This document shows, in pieces, positions 43,946 to 53,911 of a DNA stretch of 64,000 bases. This stretch comes from Bacillota bacterium. GTDB lineage: Bacteria; Bacillota; Dehalobacteriia; UBA4068. The DNA lies in contig JAILCQ010000009.1 in assembly GCA_024679955.1 (NCBI GenBank), positions 3,467-67,466 on the forward strand, in the 5' to 3' direction. Each line of letters begins with the position of its first letter. Position 1 is the first letter of the stretch. The notes under the pieces are model-generated. The model was not told where the DNA came from, did no database searches, and saw only the letters and a list, made by a program, of their open reading frames with translations. The translations under genes and the position numbers were made by a program.

Positions 43946-45145
43946 TTATTTTTTCAGGCTTTCCACCAGTTCTTTGGTGTCTCTGGCGATCAACAATTCT
44001 TCATTGGTGGGGATGATATAAATCTTCGTTTTGGAGCCGGGTTTGCTGATTTCTTTTTCTTCACCGGCGCATTCATTGGCTTCTTCGTCGAAATCCGCGC
44101 CTAAGTAGGAGAGATGTTGGCAGATGGCACGGCGCATGGGCACGGAGTTTTCGCCGATGCCGGCGGTGAAGACGATGGCGTCCACGCCGTTTAATTCCGC
44201 CGCATAGGCGCCGATAAAGCGTACCACGGTGGTGACGAAGACTTCCAGCGCCATTTTGGCCCGGTCGTTGCCGTTTTTGGCGGCCTCAACCACGTCGCGC
44301 AAATCGCTGCCCACGCCGGAAAGACCCAGTAAACCGGATTTTTTATTGATCAAATCGCTCATTTGCGCCGGGGTAAGATTCTCTTTTTCCATGATATAAG
44401 GCACCAAAGAGGGATCGAAATCCCCGGTGCGGGTGCCCATCACCACGCCGGCCAGAGGGGTGAAGCCCATGGAGGTATCCTGCACTTCGCCGTTTTTGAT
44501 GGCAGCCAGGGAAGAGCCGTTGCCCAGATGGCAGGTGATGATTTTGCAATCCTGCCGGCCCAACAATTCGGCGCAGCGCTGGGCGACGAAACGGTGGGAG
44601 GTGCCGTGGCAGCCGTAACGGCGGATCTGATATTTTTCATAGTATTCATAAGGCAGTCCGTACATATAGGAAGAGCGAGGCATGGTTTGATGGAAAGCGG
44701 TATCCACCACCACGGTCATGGGCACGCCGGGTATTTTTTCCTGGCAGGCCCGCATACCTTTTACCGCCGCCGGATTGTGTAAAGGCGCCATTTCGGTCAG
44801 GCTTTCCAGGGTATTGATGGCTTGTTCGTCGATCAAGCAGGCTTTGATAAAGGCGGTGCCGCCATGGACCACCCGGTGGCCTACGGCGTCGATTTCTTTC
44901 ATGCTCTGAATAACGCCGTGTTCCGGCGAGGTCAGGGCCGCTACCATGGTCTCGATGGCCACCCCGTGATCGGCGATATCCTGTTCCAGGAAAATCTTGT
45001 CTATGCCTGGACGTTTGTGGGTGATGGTAGAACCGGGAATACCGATTTTTTCTATGTAGCCGCTGGCCATAACCTGCTCGGTGTTCATGTCGAACAATTG
45101 ATACTTCAGCGAGGAACTGCCGGAATTCAAAACCAAAATATTCAT
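43946..45145 (-). CDS. ackA: Acetate kinase
   Basis: 399 aa. MNILVLNSGSSSLKYQLF, VGHRVVHGG, CHLGNGSS, FTAGIGENS. Confidence 0.97.
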   Translation of the reverse strand: MNILVLNSGSSSLKYQLFDMNTEQVMASGYIEKIGIPGSTITHKRPGIDKIFLEQDIADHGVAIETMVAALTSPEHGVIQSMKEIDAVGHRVVHGGTAFIKACLIDEQAINTLESLTEMAPLHNPAAVKGMRACQEKIPGVPMTVVVDTAFHQTMPRSSYMYGLPYEYYEKYQIRRYGCHGTSHRFVAQRCAELLGRQDCKIITCHLGNGSSLAAIKNGEVQDTSMGFTPLAGVVMGTRTGDFDPSLVPYIMEKENLTPAQMSDLINKKSGLLGLSGVGSDLRDVVEAAKNGNDRAKMALEVFVTTVVRFIGAYAAELNGVDAIVFTAGIGENSVPMRRAICQHLSYLGADFDEEANECAGEEKEISKPGSKTKIYIIPTNEELLIARDTKELVESLKK

Positions 45146-45241
45146 TCGTCTGCCTCCATCATTATTTTCTTTGGAAATAATTTATATTTAATTATATACC
45201 AAAGCACAGTTGCATAACAAGTATTTTATTGAGGAGTTTGT

Positions 45242-46285
45242 ATGAATAGTGTGAATAAAATAAAATCTACGGCGAAGGTACTTTTGCCGCTGATTTTTGT
45301 GGGTATGTTATTGTGGCCGCAGCAGGCCGCCGGGGCGGCGGCGGAGGCTTTGCAGTTGTGGTGGCAGGCTATCGTCCCGGCTTTGCTGCCCTTTTTTATC
45401 TGTTTTGAATTGTTCATGGCTCTGGATACGGTCCAGGGTTGGGCCCGGCCTTTGGAGGCGTTGATGCGGCCGCTGTTTGCTTTGCCCGGCGCGGCCTCTC
45501 TGGCGGTGGTCTTGGGCTTTTGCTGCGGTTTCCCCAGCGGGGCGGTGATTGCCGCCGCTTTGCGCCGCCGGGGGCAAATCAGCCGGGAGGAAGCCGCCCG
45601 GCTGATCGCTTTTACCAATAATGCCAGCCCGTTGTATATCAGCCTGGGTGTGGCCGGGGGCATTCTGGGCTGCCGCCAGGCCGCGCCGGTGTTATTGTTT
45701 TGCCAGTATTCCGGCAATTTGCTGTGGGGCCTGCTGTTGTCTTTGGGAAAGCGGCGCCATCCCGGCCCGTCCGGGCCGTACGTTCTGTCTCTGCCGCCGG
45801 CGGCCGGCCGTCCTGCCTGGGGTCTGCTGTTGAAAGAAAGCGCCCGGCAGGCGGCGGAAAACGTGACGTTGATCGGCTGCTATATGTGCTTTTTTTCGGT
45901 GCTGACCGCTTTGCTGCTGTCCCTGTGGCAGCTGGCTGCGCCGGCCGGGGTCGGCCAGGGCCTTTCCGCCGCCGTGGCCGGGTTTTGGGAGATGAGCCTG
46001 GGCGTCAAAGCCCTGGCGGATTTGCCTCTGCAACAGGCCCTACCCTGGACGGCGCTGATCTTGGCCTGGGGCGGCGTTTCCGTCCAGGCCCAGGTGGCGG
46101 CGATGGTCGCCGGCGGCGGCGTTTCCCTGCGCTGGTATTTCCTGGGCAGGGTGTTTCACTGCCTCTATTCCTATGCCATGGCCCGCTTTTTGCTGTCTTT
46201 TCTCCCACTGCCTGCAGCCGCCTGGCCCGTGACTGGGCCGGAGCCTTCCGTTTTCTGTTTTGGCGGCAGGGGGTTTTGGCCCTGA
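45242..46285 (+). CDS. ylbJ: Sporulation integral membrane protein YlbJ-like (nucleoside-recognition/Gate domain)
   Basis: 347 aa, polytopic. VPALLPFFI, GFCCGFPSGAV and FTNNASPLYI resemble YlbJ. Confidence 0.7.
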   Translation: MNSVNKIKSTAKVLLPLIFVGMLLWPQQAAGAAAEALQLWWQAIVPALLPFFICFELFMALDTVQGWARPLEALMRPLFALPGAASLAVVLGFCCGFPSGAVIAAALRRRGQISREEAARLIAFTNNASPLYISLGVAGGILGCRQAAPVLLFCQYSGNLLWGLLLSLGKRRHPGPSGPYVLSLPPAAGRPAWGLLLKESARQAAENVTLIGCYMCFFSVLTALLLSLWQLAAPAGVGQGLSAAVAGFWEMSLGVKALADLPLQQALPWTALILAWGGVSVQAQVAAMVAGGGVSLRWYFLGRVFHCLYSYAMARFLLSFLPLPAAAWPVTGPEPSVFCFGGRGFWP

Positions 46286-46421
46286 CGGTTTGGCTGGCCC
46301 TGGCTTTATGTCTGAGGTTACGCGGCAAACACGATGGCAAACGGTGACGGTTTTCTATATTCGCATATTTGGCGCGGATCCGGTTACAATAAGCGGAGAT
46401 GAAAAGCCAGGAGGGATGATT

Positions 46422-46856
46422 ATGTTTGATCTGATGCCCTATGACCGGCGCCGCCGTTTGGCCGCCTATGATCCCTTTGCGGAAATCTTGGATTGGCGAA
46501 AATCCTTATTGGACGGCAGCGGCTTGAAAGACTTTCGTACCGATATCAAGGACGCAGGCGACGCCTACGAACTGGCGGCGGATCTGCCCGGCTGCCAAAA
46601 AGAAGACATCCATGTGGAGCTGAACGACGGCTATTTGACCGTGCGCGCCGAACGCCGCTGCGAAAATGAGGAAAAGGATGAAAAAGACCGCTATATCCAT
46701 CGGGAACGCAGTTGGGGCGTATACAAGCGCAGCTTCGATGTGGGCCATGTGGATACGGACAAGATCAGCGCCGTTTATAAAGACGGCGTGCTGAAGCTGA
46801 CCTTGCCCAAACGCGATCCGGAAAAACCCGTTTCCCGCAGCATCGATATCCAATAG
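46422..46856 (+). CDS. Hsp20/alpha-crystallin family small heat-shock protein
   Basis: ATG at 46422, 7 nt after GGAGGG. Alpha-crystallin domain DIKDAGDAYELAADLPGCQKEDIHVELNDGYLTVRAER...GVLKLTLPK. Confidence 0.85.
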   Translation: MFDLMPYDRRRRLAAYDPFAEILDWRKSLLDGSGLKDFRTDIKDAGDAYELAADLPGCQKEDIHVELNDGYLTVRAERRCENEEKDEKDRYIHRERSWGVYKRSFDVGHVDTDKISAVYKDGVLKLTLPKRDPEKPVSRSIDIQ

Positions 46857-46974
46857 GCGGATCGGTCTGTTTTTCCGGCATCCAATGCCTCGTCCGGCGG
46901 AGGCCGGCGCGGGAAGCCAAAAAAACGCGGCGTATAGCTGGTGCTATGCGTCGCGTTTTTTTGGGCGCAAGGCT

Positions 46975-47002
46975 TTGTTGTGTGATGGATATATGCTATA
47001 AT
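46975..47002 (+). promoter_or_regulatory. Putative promoter of the mscS-like gene (TTGTTG-16-TGcTATAAT)
   Basis: TTGTTG at 46975-80, TG at 46994-95, TATAAT at 46997-47002. Confidence 0.4.
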
Positions 47003-47048
47003 TGGTAATGTGTGTAATAAAATCAAATAAATGAAAAGGGGAGTATCA

Positions 47049-47879
47049 ATGGAACAAATCGGCGATTTTTTGTTGCAATTGGGTATGACGGCCGGCGTGC
47101 GGATCTTGGAAGCCCTGGTGGTGCTGGTGGTCGGTTGCCAACTGATCAAATGGCTGCTGCGTAAGCTGCCCAAGGGCATCGCTTTTTCCCGTTTGGACAA
47201 AACCCTGCAATCCTTTGCCCTTAGTTTTATCAAGGTTTTGCTGTATGTGCTGCTGTTCCTCATTCTTGCTTACATACTGGGCCTGCCTACCACGTCTTTG
47301 ATCACGGTATTGGCTTCCGCCGGTATCGCCGTGGGCCTGGCTTTGCAGGGCGCTTTGAGCAATTTGGCCGGCGGCCTGATGATACTGCTGTTCAAGCCCT
47401 TTAAAATCGGGGATTATATCGAGGCCGGCTCTTGCAGCGGCTATGTGGAAAAAATCACCATTTTTTATACCATCATCCGGACCATCGACAATCGCCTGGC
47501 TTCTTTACCCAACGGCGCGCTGACCAATTCCAACATTATCAACTATACCGCCAATCCCTATAGGCTGGTATGTCTGGATATCGGCGTGGCATACGGCGCC
47601 GATATCCAGCAGGTAAAACAGGTCCTTATGGAAACGGCAAAGGCCCATCCATTGTGCGAACTGGATCAGGGAGAACCGCTGGTGGCCCTGAACAAATATG
47701 GCGAAAGCTCGCTGGACTTTATCCTGCGGGCCTGGGTCAAAACGGAGAACTATTGGGATATGTATTTTTCCCTGAACGAGCAGATCAAGGCGGCCTTGGA
47801 TCAAGCGGGCATAGAGATCCCTTTCCCCCAGATGGATGTGCATTTGCATCAGCCGCTGCAACAGGCGGACGGACAGTAG
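47049..47879 (+). CDS. Small-conductance mechanosensitive channel (MscS family)
   Basis: Start at the ATG at 47049 after AAAGGGGAG. TM helices, then LFKPFKIGDYIE..G..GYVEKITIFYT.IRT.DN....LPNGALTNSNIINY, typical of the MscS beta domain. Confidence 0.85.
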   Translation: MEQIGDFLLQLGMTAGVRILEALVVLVVGCQLIKWLLRKLPKGIAFSRLDKTLQSFALSFIKVLLYVLLFLILAYILGLPTTSLITVLASAGIAVGLALQGALSNLAGGLMILLFKPFKIGDYIEAGSCSGYVEKITIFYTIIRTIDNRLASLPNGALTNSNIINYTANPYRLVCLDIGVAYGADIQQVKQVLMETAKAHPLCELDQGEPLVALNKYGESSLDFILRAWVKTENYWDMYFSLNEQIKAALDQAGIEIPFPQMDVHLHQPLQQADGQ

Positions 47880-48031
47880 CAAGGCTTTGCCTTTGGCTCG
47901 ATGGTGAAGATAAACGTACGAAACCGGAAATAGAAAAAAGCCCGACGCCTAGAAAGCGCCGGGCTTTGGCTTATGGCAAGCTTGGTTGTGCAAAATCCGA
48001 TTACAGGAAAGGGCTAAAGTATGCCGCCGGT

Positions 48032-49861
48032 TTACGGTACGGTAACGCTTTTGGCCAAATTGCGGGGTTGGTCAATGTCGCAATCCCGGTACAGGGCCGC
48101 GTAATAGGCCAAGAGCTGCAAGGGGATGACGCTCAACACCGGGGTCAGAAGCTCGTCGGTTTCCGGCAAATGAATGACGGCGTCCGCCACATGTTCCACT
48201 TCCGGCGCCGCGCCCCGGGTCAGGGCGATGACATAGGCGCCCCGGGTCTTCAGCTCCACGATATTGCTGACCATCATTTTCAGCAGCGGTTCCTGGGTGG
48301 CCAGGGCGATCACCGGCACTTTCGGGGTGATCAAAGCGATGGTGCCATGTTTCAGTTCGCCGGCGGCATAGGCCTCGGCATGAATATAGGAAATCTCTTT
48401 GAGCTTCAGCGCTCCTTCCTGGGCCACTGCATAATCCAGCCCCCGGCCGATGAAAAAGGCGTCTTGCCAATCGCTTATGGTTTTGGCCAGGGTCTTGATG
48501 GTTTCTTCATTTTCCGCAAGCAAAGCCGCCGCCAGTTGCGGCAATTGATACATCGCCTTCAGCCAGACGTTCAGCTGTTCATCGCTATGCCGCTGCAAAA
48601 TTTGGGCCAGATGGAAAGCCAGCATGTACAGCAGCATCAATTGGCTGCTGTAGGCTTTGGTAGAGGCCACGGCGATTTCCGGCCCCGCCATGGTGTAGAG
48701 CACCTGATCCGCTTCCCGGGCAATGGTGGAATCCACCACATTGCAGATGGCCAAAACCTTGGCGCCGTTTTCCCGAAATACGCGCAAAGCCGCCAAGGTA
48801 TCCATGGTTTCCCCGGATTGGGAGATGACGACGCCCAAAGTATGCTGGTCGATCAGCGGATCGTTATGGATAAACTCCGAAGCCAGCTCCACCATGACCG
48901 GCATGCGCAGCAGCTTTTCGATGACCTGTTTGCCGATGAGGCCGGCGTGGTAGGCGGTGCCGCAGGCCACGATGGCGATTTGATCGATATTCTGCAGATC
49001 CTGCTTTTGCAAAGCCAGTTCGTTTAAATCGACGCGCCGGCAATCTTCCTGAAGCCGTCCCTGCATGGTTTGGGCCAACACCTTGGGTTGTTCATGGATT
49101 TCTTTCAGCATGAAATGGGGGTAGCCGCCCTTTTTGGCTGCTTCTTTGTCCCAGTCGATATGCTTGACGCTGCGTTCCACTTTTTGCCCCTGGTTGTAAA
49201 TGACCACGCCCTGATCGCTTACATCCGCAATATCTCCGTTTTGCAGGATGATCATCTCTCTGGTGTAATCGATCAAAGCGGACATATCGCTGGCAAAGTA
49301 ATATTCCCCTTGCCCGATGCCGATGATCAGCGGATTGTCCAATCTGGCAGCCACGATGCGCCGGGGTTCCTCCAGGCACAGGGCCAGCATGGCGTAAAAG
49401 CCTTTTACATGGCCGCAGGCTTCCTGCATGGCGGCCAATAGATCGCCCTGATAATATTGTTCCAGCAGATGGGGCAAAACTTCGGTATCGGTGTCGGAAA
49501 GAAAATGATGCCCCTGGTCTTGCAGCGCCGCTTTTACTTCCTGATAGTTTTCGATGATGCCGTTGTGCACCAAAGCGATTTTTTGCCGGCAATCCACATG
49601 GGGATGACAATTGATATCCGAAGGTTTGCCATGGGTAGCCCAACGGGTGTGGCCGATACCGGCGGTGGCCGAACCGTATTGCCCGCCGATCTTTTTGTCC
49701 AATTCGGCGATTTTGCCGGTGGATTTGTAAATATTCAGACGGCCTTCTTCGATGGTGGCTATGCCCGCAGAATCATATCCCCGGTATTCCTGGGCGTATA
49801 AACCTTCCAGAAGCACAGGGATAGCCAAGCGGGACCCTAGATAGCCGATAATTCCGCACAT
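48032..49861 (-). CDS. glmS: Glutamine--fructose-6-phosphate aminotransferase
   Basis: Start trimmed to MCGIIGYLG (Cys2 nucleophile; CAT at 49859-61). Two SIS domains. The C-terminus ends ...AKSVTVP rather than the usual glmS ...KSVTVE. Confidence 0.97.
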   Translation of the reverse strand: MCGIIGYLGSRLAIPVLLEGLYAQEYRGYDSAGIATIEEGRLNIYKSTGKIAELDKKIGGQYGSATAGIGHTRWATHGKPSDINCHPHVDCRQKIALVHNGIIENYQEVKAALQDQGHHFLSDTDTEVLPHLLEQYYQGDLLAAMQEACGHVKGFYAMLALCLEEPRRIVAARLDNPLIIGIGQGEYYFASDMSALIDYTREMIILQNGDIADVSDQGVVIYNQGQKVERSVKHIDWDKEAAKKGGYPHFMLKEIHEQPKVLAQTMQGRLQEDCRRVDLNELALQKQDLQNIDQIAIVACGTAYHAGLIGKQVIEKLLRMPVMVELASEFIHNDPLIDQHTLGVVISQSGETMDTLAALRVFRENGAKVLAICNVVDSTIAREADQVLYTMAGPEIAVASTKAYSSQLMLLYMLAFHLAQILQRHSDEQLNVWLKAMYQLPQLAAALLAENEETIKTLAKTISDWQDAFFIGRGLDYAVAQEGALKLKEISYIHAEAYAAGELKHGTIALITPKVPVIALATQEPLLKMMVSNIVELKTRGAYVIALTRGAAPEVEHVADAVIHLPETDELLTPVLSVIPLQLLAYYAALYRDCDIDQPRNLAKSVTVP

Positions 49862-49968
49862 ATAGTAACCCCCAAACGTTAGATTCAATTGGATTCAAAA
49901 CATATTTATATTCTGTATTTGATTTTTTTATTCCTGCTTTTTTCGACTTCGGGGCGGCGGGGCAAAGC

Positions 49969-50760
49969 TTAAAGCAATTTGTCCAGACCCACCGTTACCC
50001 CGCTCAATTCGCCGATTTTCCGCAGGGCCAAAGCCACGCCGGGGAAAAAGCAATGCTGGTTGATGGAATCCTGGCGTATGGTCAGGGTTTGTCCCGGCGC
50101 GCCGAAAACCACTTCCTGACTGGCTACATAGCCGGGCAGGCGCATGCTGTGCACCCGGGCCCCCTGATAATCGCCGCCGCGGCTGCCGGCGATCATTTCG
50201 ATTTCATGGGCCGCGCCCTGGGCATGCACTTGGCGAACGGCGCTGATCATTTCCATGGTGCGCAAGGCGGTGCCGGAAGGCGCGTCCATTTTATTTTCAT
50301 GATGCCGCTCGATGATTTCGTATTGCGGCAAATAGCGGGCCGCTTCCACGGCGAAACGCATCATCAGCACGGCGGTGATGGCGAAATTGGCGGCGATGAA
50401 CAGCGGCGCATGATGCAGCTCGCTCAATTGCCGCAATTCGTTGATATCCCGCTCCGTTAAGCCGGTGGTCCCCACTACGCAGGGCAAATCTTCGCCCAGG
50501 GCCAGGCGTAAATTGCGCAGTACGGCCTGGGGATTGGTGAAATCCAGCATCACGTCTGGTTTGCTGCGGCGGATGGCCTGCACCAAATCTTTTTCCACGG
50601 TCACGCCAATGGGGCCGCAGCCTGCCAACAGGCCGATATCTTCGCCTTCCTGGCGAATGTCCACCGCGGCGACGATTTGCATGTCCGCTTCGCCGATGAT
50701 GCCGGCGGACATGGCTTTGCCCATTCTTCCGGAAGCACCGTTGACCAATACGTTTATCAT
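49969..50760 (-). CDS. dapB: 4-hydroxy-tetrahydrodipicolinate reductase
   Basis: 263 aa. VNGASGRMGK, ERHHENKMDAPSGTA. Confidence 0.93.
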   Translation of the reverse strand: MINVLVNGASGRMGKAMSAGIIGEADMQIVAAVDIRQEGEDIGLLAGCGPIGVTVEKDLVQAIRRSKPDVMLDFTNPQAVLRNLRLALGEDLPCVVGTTGLTERDINELRQLSELHHAPLFIAANFAITAVLMMRFAVEAARYLPQYEIIERHHENKMDAPSGTALRTMEMISAVRQVHAQGAAHEIEMIAGSRGGDYQGARVHSMRLPGYVASQEVVFGAPGQTLTIRQDSINQHCFFPGVALALRKIGELSGVTVGLDKLL

Positions 50761-50828
50761 AAAAAGAGCTCCTTCCTGACATTTTTAGGAAGGAGTTCTG
50801 CGAAAAATGCTAAAATCCTGCAAAACGC

Positions 50829-51566
50829 CTATTCTTCTGCTTTTTCTTCCTCTTCTTCCACGGCCTGCGCATAGGAAAAGCGGCTGGGGGCGGCAGCCGG
50901 TATGCTCAAGGAAGATTCCAGGCGTATAATGGGATACACGCGGTATAAAGTGTTGAGGCTTTCGATGATGCCGCCGGGATAAGTCAAACCGGCGGATAAA
51001 GCTTCGGCGTCGCCGATGGCTTTGATCACCACGGGAAAGAGCAGGGGATCCCCGTCTATGGTGATGGAATAGCCGTCCGCCCGGTTGTCGATCTCCGAAA
51101 TGGCGGTATGAATGGTCACCCGCGTATTGTTGATGGCCACCGCTTCCGCGCCGGTGACGAACATTTCGTTGATGATATCGATCACGTCGTAAAACATCAG
51201 GTTGGAATCGCCGGTGATGGTGACACTGATCCCCGGGCCTTCCACCGGCGCGTCGCCGATGGCGGATTGCAAAGTCTCGATACGGCTGCGCAAGGCGGTG
51301 GAAAGGCTTTCCCCGGACATGTTCAGCGTTTCCAATTCCTGCAATTCGCTTTCCAGGCTGTCCAGTTCTTCCTGCAATTGCTCTTTGTTGTCATTGACGC
51401 TTTTCAAGATCATCGCCAAATTGGACTGGCTTTCCGAGGACAGATCGCCGGAAAGCACGGTATTGGTTTGATATTGCGCCGCCAGCAAAAAACCAAAGCA
51501 GAGAAACATCAAAGTCAGGGGCCATTGCCAGTTGCGAAAGACCGGCTTCCGTTGTTTATTGGTCAT
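50829..51566 (-). CDS. DUF881 (YlxW/division-initiation-associated) membrane-anchored protein
   Basis: Start trimmed to MTNKQRKPVF (GAGGGGG RBS). One TM segment, a coiled coil, then a GPGISVTITG...AINN.R DUF881-type core. Confidence 0.75.
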   Translation of the reverse strand: MTNKQRKPVFRNWQWPLTLMFLCFGFLLAAQYQTNTVLSGDLSSESQSNLAMILKSVNDNKEQLQEELDSLESELQELETLNMSGESLSTALRSRIETLQSAIGDAPVEGPGISVTITGDSNLMFYDVIDIINEMFVTGAEAVAINNTRVTIHTAISEIDNRADGYSITIDGDPLLFPVVIKAIGDAEALSAGLTYPGGIIESLNTLYRVYPIIRLESSLSIPAAAPSRFSYAQAVEEEEEKAEE

Positions 51567-51951
51567 CGTCCGCCCCCTCTCTTTCCGCCAATTGTTTCGC
51601 TTTTTCCAGCTTTTTCCGGCGGTGGCGCAGGATCGCCCCATGGCGGATGGCGCCGATATTGGAGAAAATGCGAATGCCGAAAGCGATTACCGCCGCCAAA
51701 TACAGATCCAGCCCCACCATATCGCCAAAGAAAGCCAAAAACGCGGCGATAACGGCGTTCAGGAAAAAGCCGGATATCAAAATCATACCGTCGAATTTAT
51801 TCTCCAGCACGGCCCGCCAGCCGCCCAACAGTGAATCCATGCCGGCCAAAACGGCGATGGCCAGATAGCTGGAATAGGCGATGGGGATGGAAAAGGTCAG
51901 CAAAGAACCCAGCAACAGACCGATGATCAACCCCAAAATCGGTAACCACAT
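51556..51951 (-). CDS. sbp: Small basic membrane protein Sbp (DUF1290)
   Basis: 131 aa. MWLPILGLIIGLLLG..., three or four TM segments and a basic tail. It is flanked by two DUF881 genes, as in the Bacillus ylxW-ylxX-sbp region. Confidence 0.8.
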   Translation of the reverse strand: MWLPILGLIIGLLLGSLLTFSIPIAYSSYLAIAVLAGMDSLLGGWRAVLENKFDGMILISGFFLNAVIAAFLAFFGDMVGLDLYLAAVIAFGIRIFSNIGAIRHGAILRHRRKKLEKAKQLAEREGADDDQ

Positions 51952-51968
51952 GACGACAGCCTCCTCAT

Positions 51969-52748
51969 TTATTCGGTTTCCGTGGTACGGTTTTCCCGAT
52001 ATACTTGCATATAATTGGTGGAATAGGTGCCGGTGTAGGCCGGGATGACGATATTGTCGGCTTTGACGGCATTGATCGGTATTTCTTTATAGACCAGGGC
52101 GATATACCGTCCGCTGGCCTGCAGCTGTTCCATCAGGGCGTCGCCGTTGCCGATAAAGGAAATCTCATAAGGCGGGGCGATACGGGTGGAGTTCACCATG
52201 ATCACCGTGCCCACGCAGCGAATGCTGGAAGAATCAATGATGCGGATACCGTTGATGGATATGGCTTCCGCATTGGTCAAAGCTTTTACCAAATACAGCA
52301 GATCTTTATCATGTACGATAAAATTCTCCGCGTTATAGGTAACGGGATTGTTCTTTTTGGCCAATTCCGCACCGGCGCTGTTGTCGTCCAGGGTCACGAC
52401 GATGCCCGGGCCCGATACCGGGGTATAGCCGGCCACCAGATTGATCTTTGCCAGGGAATCGTTTAGAATGTTCAGCATGCTTTCGCTCTCGGCGGATTCT
52501 TTATGGATGTTTTCTATATTTTGCCGGATATTGACGATTTTCTGCTCCAGTTCCGCGCTTTCCGCTTCCTGCTTCTCGATATAATCGATCAGTTCCTGGT
52601 TATTGTTGTCGATTTGAGCCAGCTGCGCCATATTGGTACGGGCGGCAATGATGATCATTACCCCCAGCAAAAGCGCCAAAGCGCTCAAATATAAAACATT
52701 TTTCATCCGGATATGGTTCGGCGTATGTCGGGAATTGCTTTTTTCCAT
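51969..52748 (-). CDS. DUF881 (YlxW/YlxX-like) membrane-anchored protein
   Basis: Start chosen at MEKSNSRH (52748); the ORF-track Met at 52811 is also possible. TM segment, coiled coil, GPGIVVTLDD...SINGIR core. Confidence 0.75.
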   Translation of the reverse strand: MEKSNSRHTPNHIRMKNVLYLSALALLLGVMIIIAARTNMAQLAQIDNNNQELIDYIEKQEAESAELEQKIVNIRQNIENIHKESAESESMLNILNDSLAKINLVAGYTPVSGPGIVVTLDDNSAGAELAKKNNPVTYNAENFIVHDKDLLYLVKALTNAEAISINGIRIIDSSSIRCVGTVIMVNSTRIAPPYEISFIGNGDALMEQLQASGRYIALVYKEIPINAVKADNIVIPAYTGTYSTNYMQVYRENRTTETE

Positions 52749-53077
52749 ATCTTTGCCTTTCTCTGGGGTTACCGGCTTGCGAAACCCATGGTAAGCGCGT
52801 TTTCGACGCACAAAAACATTATACTATAAAATAGGGGATGCGCAAATGGTATTTGAAAAAAATAACAGTTCTTTGTTGCGTAAAGGTTTTTTTGCGCCCG
52901 CCGTCGAAACTATTTATGGTTTTTAATTGTCTTTAATCAGGGAAAAACGCAAGCGAAGGCGGAGGTTTTTTCTGTTATCCGGCGGGGCCGGCCTTGCTTT
53001 GGCGGCCTGCGCCTGTATGCCCCCGGATGGGGGCGAAGCATACGCCCCTGGGGAAATGCCGTAAGGAGGGAATACGT

Positions 53078-53911
53078 TTGTCGTTTTTTACGTCTGTGAA
53101 TTGGACGGTAGGAAAGGTGATCGCTTCCGTTTGCGATATCGCCATTTTATCCTATATTATATATCGCCTGCTGATTTTAATACGCGGTACCCGGGCGGTG
53201 CAGCTGATCAAAGGCTTGCTGTTTTTGCTGATTTTGGCTACGGTAAGCGATTGGTTGGGTTTGCGGGCGTTGAATTGGATATTGGAACAGTTCTGGGCGG
53301 TGATTTTCGTGGCCTTGGCGGTGGTGTTCCAGCCGGAATTGCGCCGCACTTTGGAACAATTGGGCCGGGGACAATTTTTGCCCGTGCATAGTTCATCGCT
53401 GACCACCGGCGATATCGTTCATATTATAGACGAAATTACCGGGGCAATTGTTTCCTGCGCCAAAACGAAAACCGGCGCTTTGATCATCGTGGAGCGGGAT
53501 ACGGGCTTGAACGATTATATCGAAACCGGCGTGGCCATCGACGCCGCCGTCTCGGAGGAATTGTTGACCAATATTTTTGTGGTCAATACCCCTCTGCATG
53601 ACGGCGCGGCGATCATCCGCGGCGACCGGGTAGCCGCCGCCGCCTGCTTTTTGCCGTTATCCGACAATCCGTATATCAGTTTGTCTTTGGGCACCCGGCA
53701 TCGGGCCGCCATCGGTATATCGGAAGTTTCCGATTGCCTGGCCTTGGTGGTATCGGAAGAAACGGGCGTCATTTCTTTTGCCCAGGATGGCAAACTGGTG
53801 CGGCATCTGGATGAAAAACAGCTGCGGGAAATGCTTTCCATGCAGTTGACCATGGAGGGCGGCAAGGAAACCATATGGCAAAAGGGTAAGGGGGTGTTAC
53901 GCCGTGGTTGA
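53078..53911 (+). CDS. cdaA: Diadenylate cyclase CdaA (membrane-bound DisA_N domain)
   Basis: TTG start at 53078, 7 nt after AAGGAGGG. Three TM segments, then GALIIVERDTGL, NTPLHDGAAIIRG and LGTRHRAAIGISE. Confidence 0.9.
   Translation: MSFFTSVNWTVGKVIASVCDIAILSYIIYRLLILIRGTRAVQLIKGLLFLLILATVSDWLGLRALNWILEQFWAVIFVALAVVFQPELRRTLEQLGRGQFLPVHSSSLTTGDIVHIIDEITGAIVSCAKTKTGALIIVERDTGLNDYIETGVAIDAAVSEELLTNIFVVNTPLHDGAAIIRGDRVAAAACFLPLSDNPYISLSLGTRHRAAIGISEVSDCLALVVSEETGVISFAQDGKLVRHLDEKQLREMLSMQLTMEGGKETIWQKGKGVLRRG

Noticed and set aside
47570-49027. A 485-aa plus-strand ORF opposite glmS. Similar large antisense ORFs occur at 23477-25048 (opposite the amidohydrolase), 35936-37066, 11448-12749 (inside smc) and 62871-63887.
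   Set aside because: All are codon-aligned or GC-driven shadows of genes with strong family signatures. Their products are low-complexity and lack start signals.
49862-49968. I looked for a glmS ribozyme in the glmS 5' region.
   Set aside because: Only about 107 nt separate dapB from glmS. The stretch is AT-rich and lacks the conserved ribozyme core (AGCGCCAGAAC..., GACGAGG-type elements as I recall them). It looks like a plain promoter and RBS region.
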